Assembly (NCBI GenBank): GCA_021734685.1 | Contig: JAIPIL010000003.1 | Span: 1-35,685, forward strand | Source: Minisyncoccota bacterium | Lineage (GTDB): Bacteria > Patescibacteriota > Minisyncoccia > Minisyncoccales > PWPS01 | DNA: 35,685 bases | Direction: 5' to 3' | Shown here: positions 16,399-25,188 of the stretch, piece by piece | Position numbering within the stretch: position 1 is the stretch's first letter | Layout of the letters: every line of letters begins with the position of its first letter | Program-made: the position numbers and the translations under genes | The notes under the pieces: model-generated | Databases searched by the model: none | The model's input: only the letters and a program-made list of their open reading frames with translations | Told to the model about the DNA's origin: nothing

Positions 16399-17583
16399 TT
16401 ATAAAAATAACTTTTCTAGCCGATTAAAAACTTCTAAAATATCTTCTTCTCTTCTTCCAAAACTCAGCCTGATATGCCCTTCCCCGTTCGGCCCAAAGGC
16501 AACTCCAGGAACAACCGCCACCTGACTCTTCTCAAGCAACCAGAAGGCAAACTCTCTTGAATCAACAACCTTCTTCTTTTTCTTGATATCAACAGCTTCT
16601 GGGTTTATCTTGGGGAAAATATAATACGAACTATCCGGCTTAACAAAACTAAAAACACTGTTTAGTTTTTCAATTCTTTCACACATCATATCTCTCCTTT
16701 TTTTATATCTCTCTCTAAACTCATTTATTTTTTCTTCTCCAATTTCCAATGCTCCCATTGCTCCGTACTGTGATATCACTGGAGCACAAGTAACTAAACT
16801 GTCGTGAACTTTTATTATCTCACGAATATTTTCTTCATCACTATGAAGATAAGCAACTCTCCACCCAGTCATCGCAAACGCTTTAGAGAAAGAAAAAATT
16901 CTTATAACTCTTTTTCTTAGTTCTGGGAGTTCAGCTAGAGAGAAAAACTCTTTTTCATCGTAAATAAAATCTTTGTAAACTTCGTCTGAAATAAGAAAGA
17001 GATTGTGCTTTTCTGCTAGTTCTGCTAACTCCAACAACTGCTTCTTGCTATATATAGTTCCGGTTGGATTGTTAGGATTACAGTAAAAAATAGCTTTTGT
17101 TTTCTTGGTAATAACCTTCTTATACTTCTCTATATCAAAACTCCACCCTTCTTCTTCGTTTAACGGAACAAAAACCGGTTTACATCCAGCAAGTTTTATT
17201 ACTTCCTGATAACTAGTATAAGTTGGCTCGGGAATTATAACCTCATCTCCGGGATTGGTTATCGCCATAATCGTTGCTGTAATTCCTTGAATTGATCCTG
17301 CTGTCACTAAGATCTCTTTCTCCCAATCATAAAACATATTCTCTTTCTCTAAAGACTCTTCTATCAACTCTCTCAACTCAGGAAGCCCAGGAGACAAAGA
17401 GTATTTTGCAACCACTCCCCTTTTCAAAGCTCGCTCCACCCTTCTTTTAATAAAGTCAGGAGTATCAAAATCAGGAATTCCCTGTGCCAAAGAAACTGCA
17501 TCAGGATACTTTGAAGCCCGAAGTTCTATCTCTTTAATTGTTGATAACTTAATATCCTTAACTCTCTCAAACATAAACCCCAT
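16399..17583 (-). CDS. PLP-dependent aminotransferase class I/II (aspartate aminotransferase-like)
   Basis: SLAQGIPDF, PGLPELR, NPNNPTG, ISDEVY, SFSKAFAMTGWRV (PLP lysine), VVPG.AFG...HIRLSF. Confidence 0.93.
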   Translation of the reverse strand: MGFMFERVKDIKLSTIKEIELRASKYPDAVSLAQGIPDFDTPDFIKRRVERALKRGVVAKYSLSPGLPELRELIEESLEKENMFYDWEKEILVTAGSIQGITATIMAITNPGDEVIIPEPTYTSYQEVIKLAGCKPVFVPLNEEEGWSFDIEKYKKVITKKTKAIFYCNPNNPTGTIYSKKQLLELAELAEKHNLFLISDEVYKDFIYDEKEFFSLAELPELRKRVIRIFSFSKAFAMTGWRVAYLHSDEENIREIIKVHDSLVTCAPVISQYGAMGALEIGEEKINEFRERYKKRRDMMCERIEKLNSVFSFVKPDSSYYIFPKINPEAVDIKKKKKVVDSREFAFWLLEKSQVAVVPGVAFGPNGEGHIRLSFGRREEDILEVFNRLEKLFL

Positions 17584-17588
17584 CTTTT

Positions 17589-17807
17589 TTAGATTATTTC
17601 AACTCTTTTTTTTGAACTCTTGTGGCCACTAACAATGCTAACATCAGAAAGTGGAACTTTAAAGTAGTTGGCAAGCAAGCGCATCACTTTTTTGTTTGCC
17701 TTTCCGTCAACAGGAAGCTCTTTAACTTTTACTTTAAAGTGATTTTCATCAATCTTTTCAACTTCATCCTCTCTAGCCTTAGTTTTAACAGTAACAAACA
17801 CTTTCAT
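17589..17807 (-). CDS. DUF167/YggU family protein
   Basis: V.VK.KA, PVDGKAN, LA.YF.VP.S.V.IVSG.KS..K. Confidence 0.9.
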   Translation of the reverse strand: MKVFVTVKTKAREDEVEKIDENHFKVKVKELPVDGKANKKVMRLLANYFKVPLSDVSIVSGHKSSKKRVEII

Positions 17808-17834
17808 TTATTAAATCCTAACTAATAGTATCTC

Positions 17835-17863
17835 ATTCTAATATATTTCCTTTTTTCTTGCAA
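17835..17863 (-). promoter_or_regulatory. Putative promoter of the DUF167-aminotransferase-Mur-like operon
   Basis: TTGCAA, 17 nt spacer, TAGAAT. Confidence 0.5.
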
Positions 17864-17894
17864 AAAAAATGGCACAGATCCGACCTGTGCCATT
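17862..17894 (-). terminator. Intrinsic terminator after the HEPN gene
   Basis: Minus strand AATGGCACAG-GTCGGAT-CTGTGCCATT followed by a T tract. Confidence 0.8.
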
Positions 17895-17922
17895 AAGTTT
17901 CTGATGTCTTAAGGCAAAAAAT

Positions 17923-18369
17923 TTATTTATTCTTCTCTTGTTTTGAAATAAAACTTGAAATTTCTTTTTTAAATAATTCTAAATCTTTTAAATTTTCACT
18001 AAGAACTTTAAAAATGATTTTCCTGTCTATTTCTCCATATTCATGAACTAGTAAATTTCTCAAACCTATCATTCTGGTTATTTTTTGAGATAAATCTTCC
18101 GAAATTACTTTTTTTCCGAAAAGAATTGAGATGGCGCCATAATTATCTTCAGGTCTTTTCAAGTTAAGATCAATTATTATTAAATGAGAGGTATCAATAA
18201 TTGTTTGAATTGAAAGTTGAAGATATCTTTCAGTGTTTCCAAATAAGTGAAAATCAGACAAAAACTTTTCTTCATCTTCTATCTCTTGACGAAGTTGATA
18301 AAGATAACCTAAATACTCTTGAAAATTATCTAATTTATTTAAAATTTTCTGATAAGTTAAAGATGTCAT
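17923..18369 (-). CDS. HEPN (DUF86) RNase toxin, HepT-like
   Basis: ERYLQ..IQ..ID and the RNLLVHEY (RX4HXY) motif; 1 bp from the MNT gene. Confidence 0.9.
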   Translation of the reverse strand: MTSLTYQKILNKLDNFQEYLGYLYQLRQEIEDEEKFLSDFHLFGNTERYLQLSIQTIIDTSHLIIIDLNLKRPEDNYGAISILFGKKVISEDLSQKITRMIGLRNLLVHEYGEIDRKIIFKVLSENLKDLELFKKEISSFISKQEKNK

Positions 18370-18370
18370 A

Positions 18371-18778
18371 CTAATAGTTTAAAACTCTTTGATTATATTT
18401 TTCTAATACTGGTTTAAAGTCAAAATAATCATTAAGAGTCTTTAATTCAAAATCAACTCTTTTGTCTTGAGATCTTTCAAAAATTATTTTCCCTTCTTTT
18501 AAAACCACATACTTCAAAAAAGATGAAGCCGTGTTTAAGACAACTATATCCGTGTCTTTCTTGAGAAGTTTTGAAATCTCGCCAATTAATTCTAATCTTT
18601 TTTCAAAAAAATCATCAACTTGATGTTTATCAAAAAACAATCCTATATCTATGTCGCTTTTTGAAATGCTCGTTCCTGTTGCCTGAGAACCGAATAAATA
18701 GCAAAACAAAACCCCTTCTTCCTGTTGAAGAAATCCTTTAAGTTCCTTAATCATATTTTCTAAATCTTGTTTTTCCAT
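18371..18778 (-). CDS. Minimal nucleotidyltransferase antitoxin, MntA-like
   Basis: YLFGSQATGTSISKSDIDIG (GSX10DXD), DIVVLN.A, V..EG. Confidence 0.9.
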   Translation of the reverse strand: MEKQDLENMIKELKGFLQQEEGVLFCYLFGSQATGTSISKSDIDIGLFFDKHQVDDFFEKRLELIGEISKLLKKDTDIVVLNTASSFLKYVVLKEGKIIFERSQDKRVDFELKTLNDYFDFKPVLEKYNQRVLNY

Positions 18779-18820
18779 AATCCAAATAAGACTCTTTTAT
18801 TATAACAAAAAATAAAAATA

Positions 18821-18865
18821 AAACAAAAAAATGTCCTAGGTGACACCTATGACATTTTTTTGTTT
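18821..18865 (-). terminator. Hairpin / bidirectional terminator after the serpin gene
   Basis: AAACAAAAAAATGTC-C-TAGGT-GAC-ACCTA-T-GACATTTTTTTGTTT. Confidence 0.75.
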
Positions 18866-18875
18866 CTTGTTTTTT

Positions 18876-20189
18876 TTAGAGTGTTGGGTTAACTACTCTT
18901 CCCATAAAAAGGATGTTTCCGCTTTTTTCTTGGATGATGAAGATGAACGGGTGGTCAGCTTTGAACTGTTTTTTTTCTTCGGGCATCGCAGATTCCATCA
19001 TCACAACTCCTGTTGCTGCTGCTGCTTCTGTTCCTTTTTCGTCAACTGTGATGTATGCGCTGTGAACAACCTTTCCAATAAAAAGAGACTTGTCACCGTT
19101 CATTCCTGAGAAGTCGGCACCGCCACTAAAAGAGCGAGTCATTCCAAGAGCTTGCAAATAATTTTTTAACTGATAATCAGATTCAAGTTCAAACTTTGGA
19201 AGATAAACGGCAACCTCTTGTTTGTATGCTTTAGTTGCAACTGTTTTTATTTTATCAACGGTAATGGTGTTTTCAACGGCAGATAAATCATTTTCCCTAG
19301 GAAGAACGACCATCATTGATACTTCCTCTCCTTTGTAAGGCATCTCTAAAACTTGGATCAGTTCATCCTCATAATATCGGTACTCTCCATCGGTCTTCTG
19401 CATCATCTCAACTTGAACTGTTTCATCACTATCTACATAAAAATCACTCTCTGTTGTATTTTCTTCATCAAACTCGTCTTCCCAGTCCCCCTTGAAGTAT
19501 ATTGCGTTAGTAATTACCAAGCGAGTTAAGTCTGAAAAAGAGTTTTCTGGAAAGAGTTCGTCAATTATATCGTTTGTTTTTTCCGCAACCCAACTGTTAA
19601 TAATCTCTCTTGCTTTCTCTGGATCTTTTCCAAAATCAATGTTTCTAGCTACTCCCCCGTAAAATCTTTCTGTTGCTTCGGTGAAAGTAGGAAGAAGGTT
19701 GTAGTCCTCTTGAACCCACAAGGCGTTTGCTGTTTTCATCTCGTAGTTATCGTTATCTGCATTAAGACGATTGTAGATACTTGCAACCGCAGGTCTGCGA
19801 ACACTATCTCCTTCCGGAAATCCAAAAACAGAAACTATCTCTTCTGCAGTTTCTTCTCTTGCTCCTTCGTAAACTATTGCAAGTGCGGTAGAGATGCTGT
19901 ATGGGGATATAAAGACATTTTCTTTTTCTTCTTTAATTATTTCTTTATAGATCTTTAAAGCAAACTCGTTATTTGCATCTTCTACCGCTTTAACTCCTTC
20001 TGGAGTTACTCCTTCGTCATCGGCAGTAAAAGTAGTTTCACTTTCTCCTCCTCCTAAAGAAAAGATATAAGAAAGAAATGTTTTGTTTTTTATCTCTTCT
20101 TCTGTGTATCCAGCAATGAGGATAAGCGAGACTCCGATGAAGAGAATAAAAAGAGACAAGATTGATAATAATAAAAACTTTTTAACCAT
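18876..20189 (-). CDS. Serpin (serine protease inhibitor) with N-terminal signal/membrane anchor
   Basis: NVFISPYSI, INSWV..KT, NAIYFKG.W, LPKF, hinge DEKGTEAAAAT, FKADHPFIF, ILFMGRV.NP; hydrophobic first 26 aa. Confidence 0.96.
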   Translation of the reverse strand: MVKKFLLLSILSLFILFIGVSLILIAGYTEEEIKNKTFLSYIFSLGGGESETTFTADDEGVTPEGVKAVEDANNEFALKIYKEIIKEEKENVFISPYSISTALAIVYEGAREETAEEIVSVFGFPEGDSVRRPAVASIYNRLNADNDNYEMKTANALWVQEDYNLLPTFTEATERFYGGVARNIDFGKDPEKAREIINSWVAEKTNDIIDELFPENSFSDLTRLVITNAIYFKGDWEDEFDEENTTESDFYVDSDETVQVEMMQKTDGEYRYYEDELIQVLEMPYKGEEVSMMVVLPRENDLSAVENTITVDKIKTVATKAYKQEVAVYLPKFELESDYQLKNYLQALGMTRSFSGGADFSGMNGDKSLFIGKVVHSAYITVDEKGTEAAAATGVVMMESAMPEEKKQFKADHPFIFIIQEKSGNILFMGRVVNPTL

Positions 20190-20239
20190 ATATTTAATTT
20201 ATAAAAACTAATAATAATTAAAATAGCAGGTTTTAAAAA

Positions 20240-20821
20240 TTATAAAAGCCTAAATGACTGACGGTGGATGTCACAAGGACCGTGTTTTAGTATCATCTCG
20301 CGGTGAAGTTTTGTTCCGTATCCTTTATGTTTATCAAAGTGATAAAAAGCATACTTCTTGTGATAATTGTTCATTATTCTGTCTCTTGTTACTTTCGCAA
20401 TCACTGACGCCATACTGCACTCCAAAACACTCTCATCTGCTTTTGGAAGTGATCTCTGTTCGTGATTAATGTTTACTCCAAAGTTACCATCAATAATCAG
20501 AACGCACCCCTCAATACTAATCTTCTCAACTGCCTCCTGCATTGCAAGTTTTGTTGCTTGTAAGATGTTTATCTGATCTATTATTTTTTCTGAAACAACT
20601 CCCACTCCCCACTCAATCTCTGGATGATTCGTTAGTATCTCATAAAGCTCTTCTCTTCTTTTCAGGGTAATTTTTTTAGAATCCCTAATATTTAACCGGT
20701 TCTCTTTTAGATAAGAATCCATCTTTTTTATCTTCACCGCAGAGGCAACAACAGGCCCTGCTAACGGCCCCCTCCCCGCCTCATCAACCCCAACAATTAT
20801 TTTCTCCAACGATTTTGCCAT
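20240..20821 (-). CDS. rnhB: Ribonuclease HII
   Basis: GVDEAGRGPLAGPV, DSKK, IDG, ASVIAKVTRD, HKGYGT..H. Confidence 0.97.
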   Translation of the reverse strand: MAKSLEKIIVGVDEAGRGPLAGPVVASAVKIKKMDSYLKENRLNIRDSKKITLKRREELYEILTNHPEIEWGVGVVSEKIIDQINILQATKLAMQEAVEKISIEGCVLIIDGNFGVNINHEQRSLPKADESVLECSMASVIAKVTRDRIMNNYHKKYAFYHFDKHKGYGTKLHREMILKHGPCDIHRQSFRLL

Positions 20822-20852
20822 ATTATAAAAAATGATTTATTATTATAGCACA

Positions 20853-20887
20853 GTCAAATGTCAAATGTTAATTATTAAATGTCATAA
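20853..20887 (+). repeat. Imperfect heptamer tandem array (GTCAAAT-like, 5 units)
   Basis: GTCAAAT GTCAAAT GTTAATT ATTAAAT GTCATAA, ending 2 nt before the dnaE ATG. Confidence 0.55.
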
Positions 20888-20889
20888 CT

Positions 20890-23800
20890 ATGTCCTTCAC
20901 TCACCTACATGTTCATACCGAATACAGTTTACTTGATGGTCTTACAAAGCTAGACGATCTTTTAGATTATGTTAAGGAAAACGGAATGGATGCCGTCGCA
21001 ATCACTGATCACGGTGTTCTTTACGGTGCAATAGAGTTTTACAAGAAAGCAAAAAAAGCTGGCGTTAAGCCAATTATCGGGTGCGAAGTGTATGTCGCCT
21101 TTGATGGAATGCACAACAAAAGGCCAAACATTGACAACAAATCTAATCACCTTGTTCTTCTAGCAAAAAATATAAAGGGCTATCAAAACTTGGTGCGATT
21201 AGTGAGCAAAGCCCATCTTGAAGGATTTTATTACAAACCAAGAATAGATAATCAACTTTTAGAAGAACACACTGAGGGATTAATCTGCCTCTCTGCTTGT
21301 CTTAAAGGAAAAATCCCTCAACTCGTCCTTTCTGGGAAGTATGATGAGGCAAAAAAACTTGCTCTTCACTATAAAAATATATTTGAAAAAGATAGCTTCT
21401 ATCTTGAAATCCAAAATCATCCAAACACTCCTGATCAAGAAAAAGCAAACAAAGAACTGGTAAGAATCTCAAAAGAAACCGGAATTCCTCTTGTTGCAAC
21501 TTGCGACTCACACTATCTAAGACCAGAAGATGCGGAAACACAAGATATATTAATGTCTATCGGGACTGGCTCTGATATAAATAATCCTGACCGAATGTCA
21601 ATCATTCATGATGATTTTTCAATGCCTGCTCCTGAAAAAATGAAAGAGTTGTTTAAAAATGTTCCTGAAGCAGTTGAAAATACAGAAAAAATTAAAGATC
21701 TTTGCAATCTAGAAATTGAGTTAGGGAAAAGAATACTCCCCTACTTTCCGCTTGAAGAAGGAAAAACTGCAAACGATATGCTTCAAGAGTTGTGTGAAAA
21801 AGGAATTCCGGAAAAGTATCGCCCCGAACAAGAAGAAGAGGTTAAAAAAAGATTAAAAGAAGAGATGGATGTCATTGTTGGCGCTGACCTCTCTTCTTAT
21901 TTTCTAGTTGTCCAAGATTTTACTGTCTGGTCAAAAAAGAACAACATCGTAGTTGGTCCCGGAAGAGGTTCTGCTGGTGGATCAATTGTTGCTTATCTTA
22001 TCGGAATAACAAACATTGATCCTCTCCATTACGGATTAATCTTTGAGAGATTTTTAAATCCCGGAAGAGCAAAGGTTTCTCTTCCTGATATTGATCTTGA
22101 TTTTGCTGATAAAAGAAGAGATGAGGTTATCTCATATATTGGAGAAAGATATGGAAAAGACCGTGTAGCACAGATTATAACTTTTGGAACGATGGCTGCT
22201 AAGGCTGCAATTCGTGATGTTGGAAGAACGCTTGGTTATCCTTATGCCTACTGTGACAAGGTTGCAAAGATGATTCCCCTTGGAGCAAATCTAAAAGAAA
22301 CAAAGGAGAAAATTGCTGACTTTAGACAGCTATATGACACTGATGAGAAGGCTCGCCGAATGATAGATCAAGCTGAAAAGTTAGAGGGAGTTGTCCGCCA
22401 TGCATCAACACATGCCTGTGGACTGGTTATCTCCAATAATCCCTTAACAGACATCGCTCCTCTTCAACACCCAACCAACAACGGAGAAGGAGTTCTTACT
22501 CAGTATGCGATGGAGTCCGTTGAAGATCTAGGACTTTTAAAGATGGATCTGTTGGGCTTAAAAAACCTAACCATTCTTGAAAACACCCTGAAAAGAATAT
22601 ACGCAATCAGTAAAAAAGATATTGATTTAGAAAAAATCCCCCTTGACGATAAAGAAGCCTTCAAAATCCTAAAACAAGGAAACACAGTAGGTGTGTTTCA
22701 ACTGGAGTGTTTGTCTGGAGACACTATTATCTCCAATACAACAATTGAAAAACTATACAAGAGAAAAGACAAAAAAAGAATCACTTCTTTATATCTAGAT
22801 GAAGGAAAGATCCATCTTAACGAGATATTAGATGTTGTAAGTAGCGGAAAAAGAAAAGTTTACACTTTGATCACAGAAAATAACCGATATATAAAAGCCA
22901 CAAAAGGTCATCGCTTCCTAACTAAAGACGGCTGGAAAGAGTTAAAAGATATAAGGGTTGGAGAAACTGTTCTAATGAGAGAAAAAGCAAAACACCTTGT
23001 TTACAGAAGATGTGAATTGTGTAAAAAGCAAATTTACGGAAATCCAAGAAAGGAGGCAAAATTTTGTTACCGATGTTCAGCGCTTACTTATAAAAATCCT
23101 AGTAAACCAATCTCAAGAGAAAAAATAAAAAAAGCAAGAGTAGAATTTTACGCAAACGGTGGAAAACCGTGGAATACAGGGTTAACAAAAGAAAATAGTG
23201 ATATATGGAGGGAGACATCAAAAAAAATTGCCACTGCTCTTACTGGGAAAACACTTGAAGATCGTTACGGAAAGGAAAAAGCAGACAAGATAAAGAAAAG
23301 AATGTCAGAAAGATTTAGTGGGTCAAAAAATCCGATGTTTGGAAAAACCCCTCCTCATGGAAAAAGAGGGTTCCGTAAAGATTTAGGTCACTTTGTTCGT
23401 TCTTCGTGGGAAGCTGATTTTGCAAGAATATTGAAGCTATACAATTTAGATTATCAGTATGAACCAAAAACATTTCCTTTGACAAGAGAGAATGGAGAGA
23501 TTATCAACTACACCCCTGATTTTTATGTTCCATCTAAAAACACTTTTTATGAAATAAAGGGATTTTTACGACACCCCGATAAAGAAAAAATTGAGTTATT
23601 TGAAAAACAATACCCACAATATAACTTTGTTTTAGTCAACAATACTCTTTTTGCCGAACTTGCTTTAAAATATAAAACTCTAATTAATTGGGAGTGTCCA
23701 CAAATTCCTAAAAAAGGATTTAGTTTTGTTAAAATTAAAGAAATTAAATACTCTGGAGTAGAAGAAACCTATGATATTAAGATGAAATCCCCTGCGAACA

Positions 23801-25179
23801 ACTTCCAAGCAAGTAGTTTTATCGTTCATAATAGCGGAGGTATGCAACGCTACTTAAAGCAGTTGAAGCCTTCAAATATTGAAGAGATTATTGCTATGAT
23901 CTCTCTTTATCGTCCTGGTCCGATGAAGTTTCTTCCTGACTACATTGCAAGAAAAAACAAAAAGAAAGAGATTGTTTACCTCCACCCTTCTTTGGAGCCG
24001 ATTCTGAAGCCAACTTACGGAGTGCTTGTTTTCCAAGAACAAGTAATGCAGATCGCAACCGACTTGGCTGGGTTTAGTAAAGAAGAAGCTGATACCTTAA
24101 GAAAAGCGATCGGTAAAAAGATAAAAGAACTGATGGATAAGAAGAAAGGACAGTTTATAGAAGGAATGGGGCAAAACAAAATAAATGAAAAAATTGCAAG
24201 AGAGATATGGGAGTGGATAGAACCGTTTGCGCAGTACTCTTTCAACAAAAGTCACGCAGCAGCTTACGCTCAGATCGCTTATCAAACCGCGTATCTGAAG
24301 GCTCACTACCCTCGTGAATTTATGTCTGCTCTTTTAACTGCGGATCAAGGAGATACTGAAAGAGTTGGTTTTCTTATTAACGGCTGTAAAAAAATGAAGA
24401 TAGAAGTTCTTCCTCCTGATATCAACGAAAGTTTTATGGGGTTCAGTGTTGTTCCTGATAAAAACGAAATCCGTTTCGGATTATCAGCAATTAAAAATGT
24501 TGGAGACAAGGTAGTTGAAGTTATCGTAAAAGAAAGAAAAGAAAACGGAGAATTTAAATCACTTGATGATTTCCTCTCCCGAATCCAACCACCAACTCTA
24601 AACAAAAAGTCACTGGAAAGTTTAGTGAAGTCAGGCTCTTTTGATCGTTTCAAACCACGAGAAGACCTTATCTATAACCTTGAACGATTATTAGAATACA
24701 GCAGAGAAAAGGGAAAGTGTAAAGATAATGGACAGTCAGGATTATTTGATACGGATCTTACAGAGTGTGAGCTTAGTTTAGAGAAAGCCCCTGAAGTTAA
24801 CCATCAAGAAAAACTAAAGTGGGAGAAAGAGCTACTTGGTCTTTTTGTTACTGGACATCCGTTAGAATATCTGAAAGAAAAAACAAGAAACGGCGGAATT
24901 ACAATTAAAGAAGCAAAAAAACAGATAACCGACACTCGAGTAAGAGTTGGAGTTGTTATCTCGGCAATTAAAAAAATAACCACAAAAAAAGGTGATCCGA
25001 TGCTCTTTATTACTGTTGAAGATCTTGAAGAGACGATGGAAGTGATCGTTTTTCCAAAAACCCTTGAAAGCAACGGAACAATCTTTGAAGAAGGAAGATC
25101 AGTCTTCATATCAGGAAAGATAAACAACCGCGACGAAGTACCAAAAATAATATGCGAAACCGCAATGCCGATAGAATAA
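20890..25179 (+). CDS. dnaE: DNA polymerase III alpha subunit (intein-containing precursor; about 1054 aa after splicing)
   Basis: PHP HLHVHTEYSLLDG, GPGRGSAGGS, PDIDLDF, KMDLLGL, LYRPGP, YSFNKSH, C-terminal OB fold. Confidence 0.97.
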   Translation: MSFTHLHVHTEYSLLDGLTKLDDLLDYVKENGMDAVAITDHGVLYGAIEFYKKAKKAGVKPIIGCEVYVAFDGMHNKRPNIDNKSNHLVLLAKNIKGYQNLVRLVSKAHLEGFYYKPRIDNQLLEEHTEGLICLSACLKGKIPQLVLSGKYDEAKKLALHYKNIFEKDSFYLEIQNHPNTPDQEKANKELVRISKETGIPLVATCDSHYLRPEDAETQDILMSIGTGSDINNPDRMSIIHDDFSMPAPEKMKELFKNVPEAVENTEKIKDLCNLEIELGKRILPYFPLEEGKTANDMLQELCEKGIPEKYRPEQEEEVKKRLKEEMDVIVGADLSSYFLVVQDFTVWSKKNNIVVGPGRGSAGGSIVAYLIGITNIDPLHYGLIFERFLNPGRAKVSLPDIDLDFADKRRDEVISYIGERYGKDRVAQIITFGTMAAKAAIRDVGRTLGYPYAYCDKVAKMIPLGANLKETKEKIADFRQLYDTDEKARRMIDQAEKLEGVVRHASTHACGLVISNNPLTDIAPLQHPTNNGEGVLTQYAMESVEDLGLLKMDLLGLKNLTILENTLKRIYAISKKDIDLEKIPLDDKEAFKILKQGNTVGVFQLECLSGDTIISNTTIEKLYKRKDKKRITSLYLDEGKIHLNEILDVVSSGKRKVYTLITENNRYIKATKGHRFLTKDGWKELKDIRVGETVLMREKAKHLVYRRCELCKKQIYGNPRKEAKFCYRCSALTYKNPSKPISREKIKKARVEFYANGGKPWNTGLTKENSDIWRETSKKIATALTGKTLEDRYGKEKADKIKKRMSERFSGSKNPMFGKTPPHGKRGFRKDLGHFVRSSWEADFARILKLYNLDYQYEPKTFPLTRENGEIINYTPDFYVPSKNTFYEIKGFLRHPDKEKIELFEKQYPQYNFVLVNNTLFAELALKYKTLINWECPQIPKKGFSFVKIKEIKYSGVEETYDIKMKSPANNFQASSFIVHNSGGMQRYLKQLKPSNIEEIIAMISLYRPGPMKFLPDYIARKNKKKEIVYLHPSLEPILKPTYGVLVFQEQVMQIATDLAGFSKEEADTLRKAIGKKIKELMDKKKGQFIEGMGQNKINEKIAREIWEWIEPFAQYSFNKSHAAAYAQIAYQTAYLKAHYPREFMSALLTADQGDTERVGFLINGCKKMKIEVLPPDINESFMGFSVVPDKNEIRFGLSAIKNVGDKVVEVIVKERKENGEFKSLDDFLSRIQPPTLNKKSLESLVKSGSFDRFKPREDLIYNLERLLEYSREKGKCKDNGQSGLFDTDLTECELSLEKAPEVNHQEKLKWEKELLGLFVTGHPLEYLKEKTRNGGITIKEAKKQITDTRVRVGVVISAIKKITTKKGDPMLFITVEDLEETMEVIVFPKTLESNGTIFEEGRSVFISGKINNRDEVPKIICETAMPIE
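22708..23832 (+). mobile_element. Intein in DnaE (375 aa, residues 607-981) with embedded nuclease
   Basis: Interrupts the conserved GVFQLE|SGGM. Begins CLSGDT, block B ATKGHRFLT, block F TYDI, ends FIVHN followed by Ser+1. Confidence 0.95.
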
Positions 25180-25188
25180 ATAATATAA

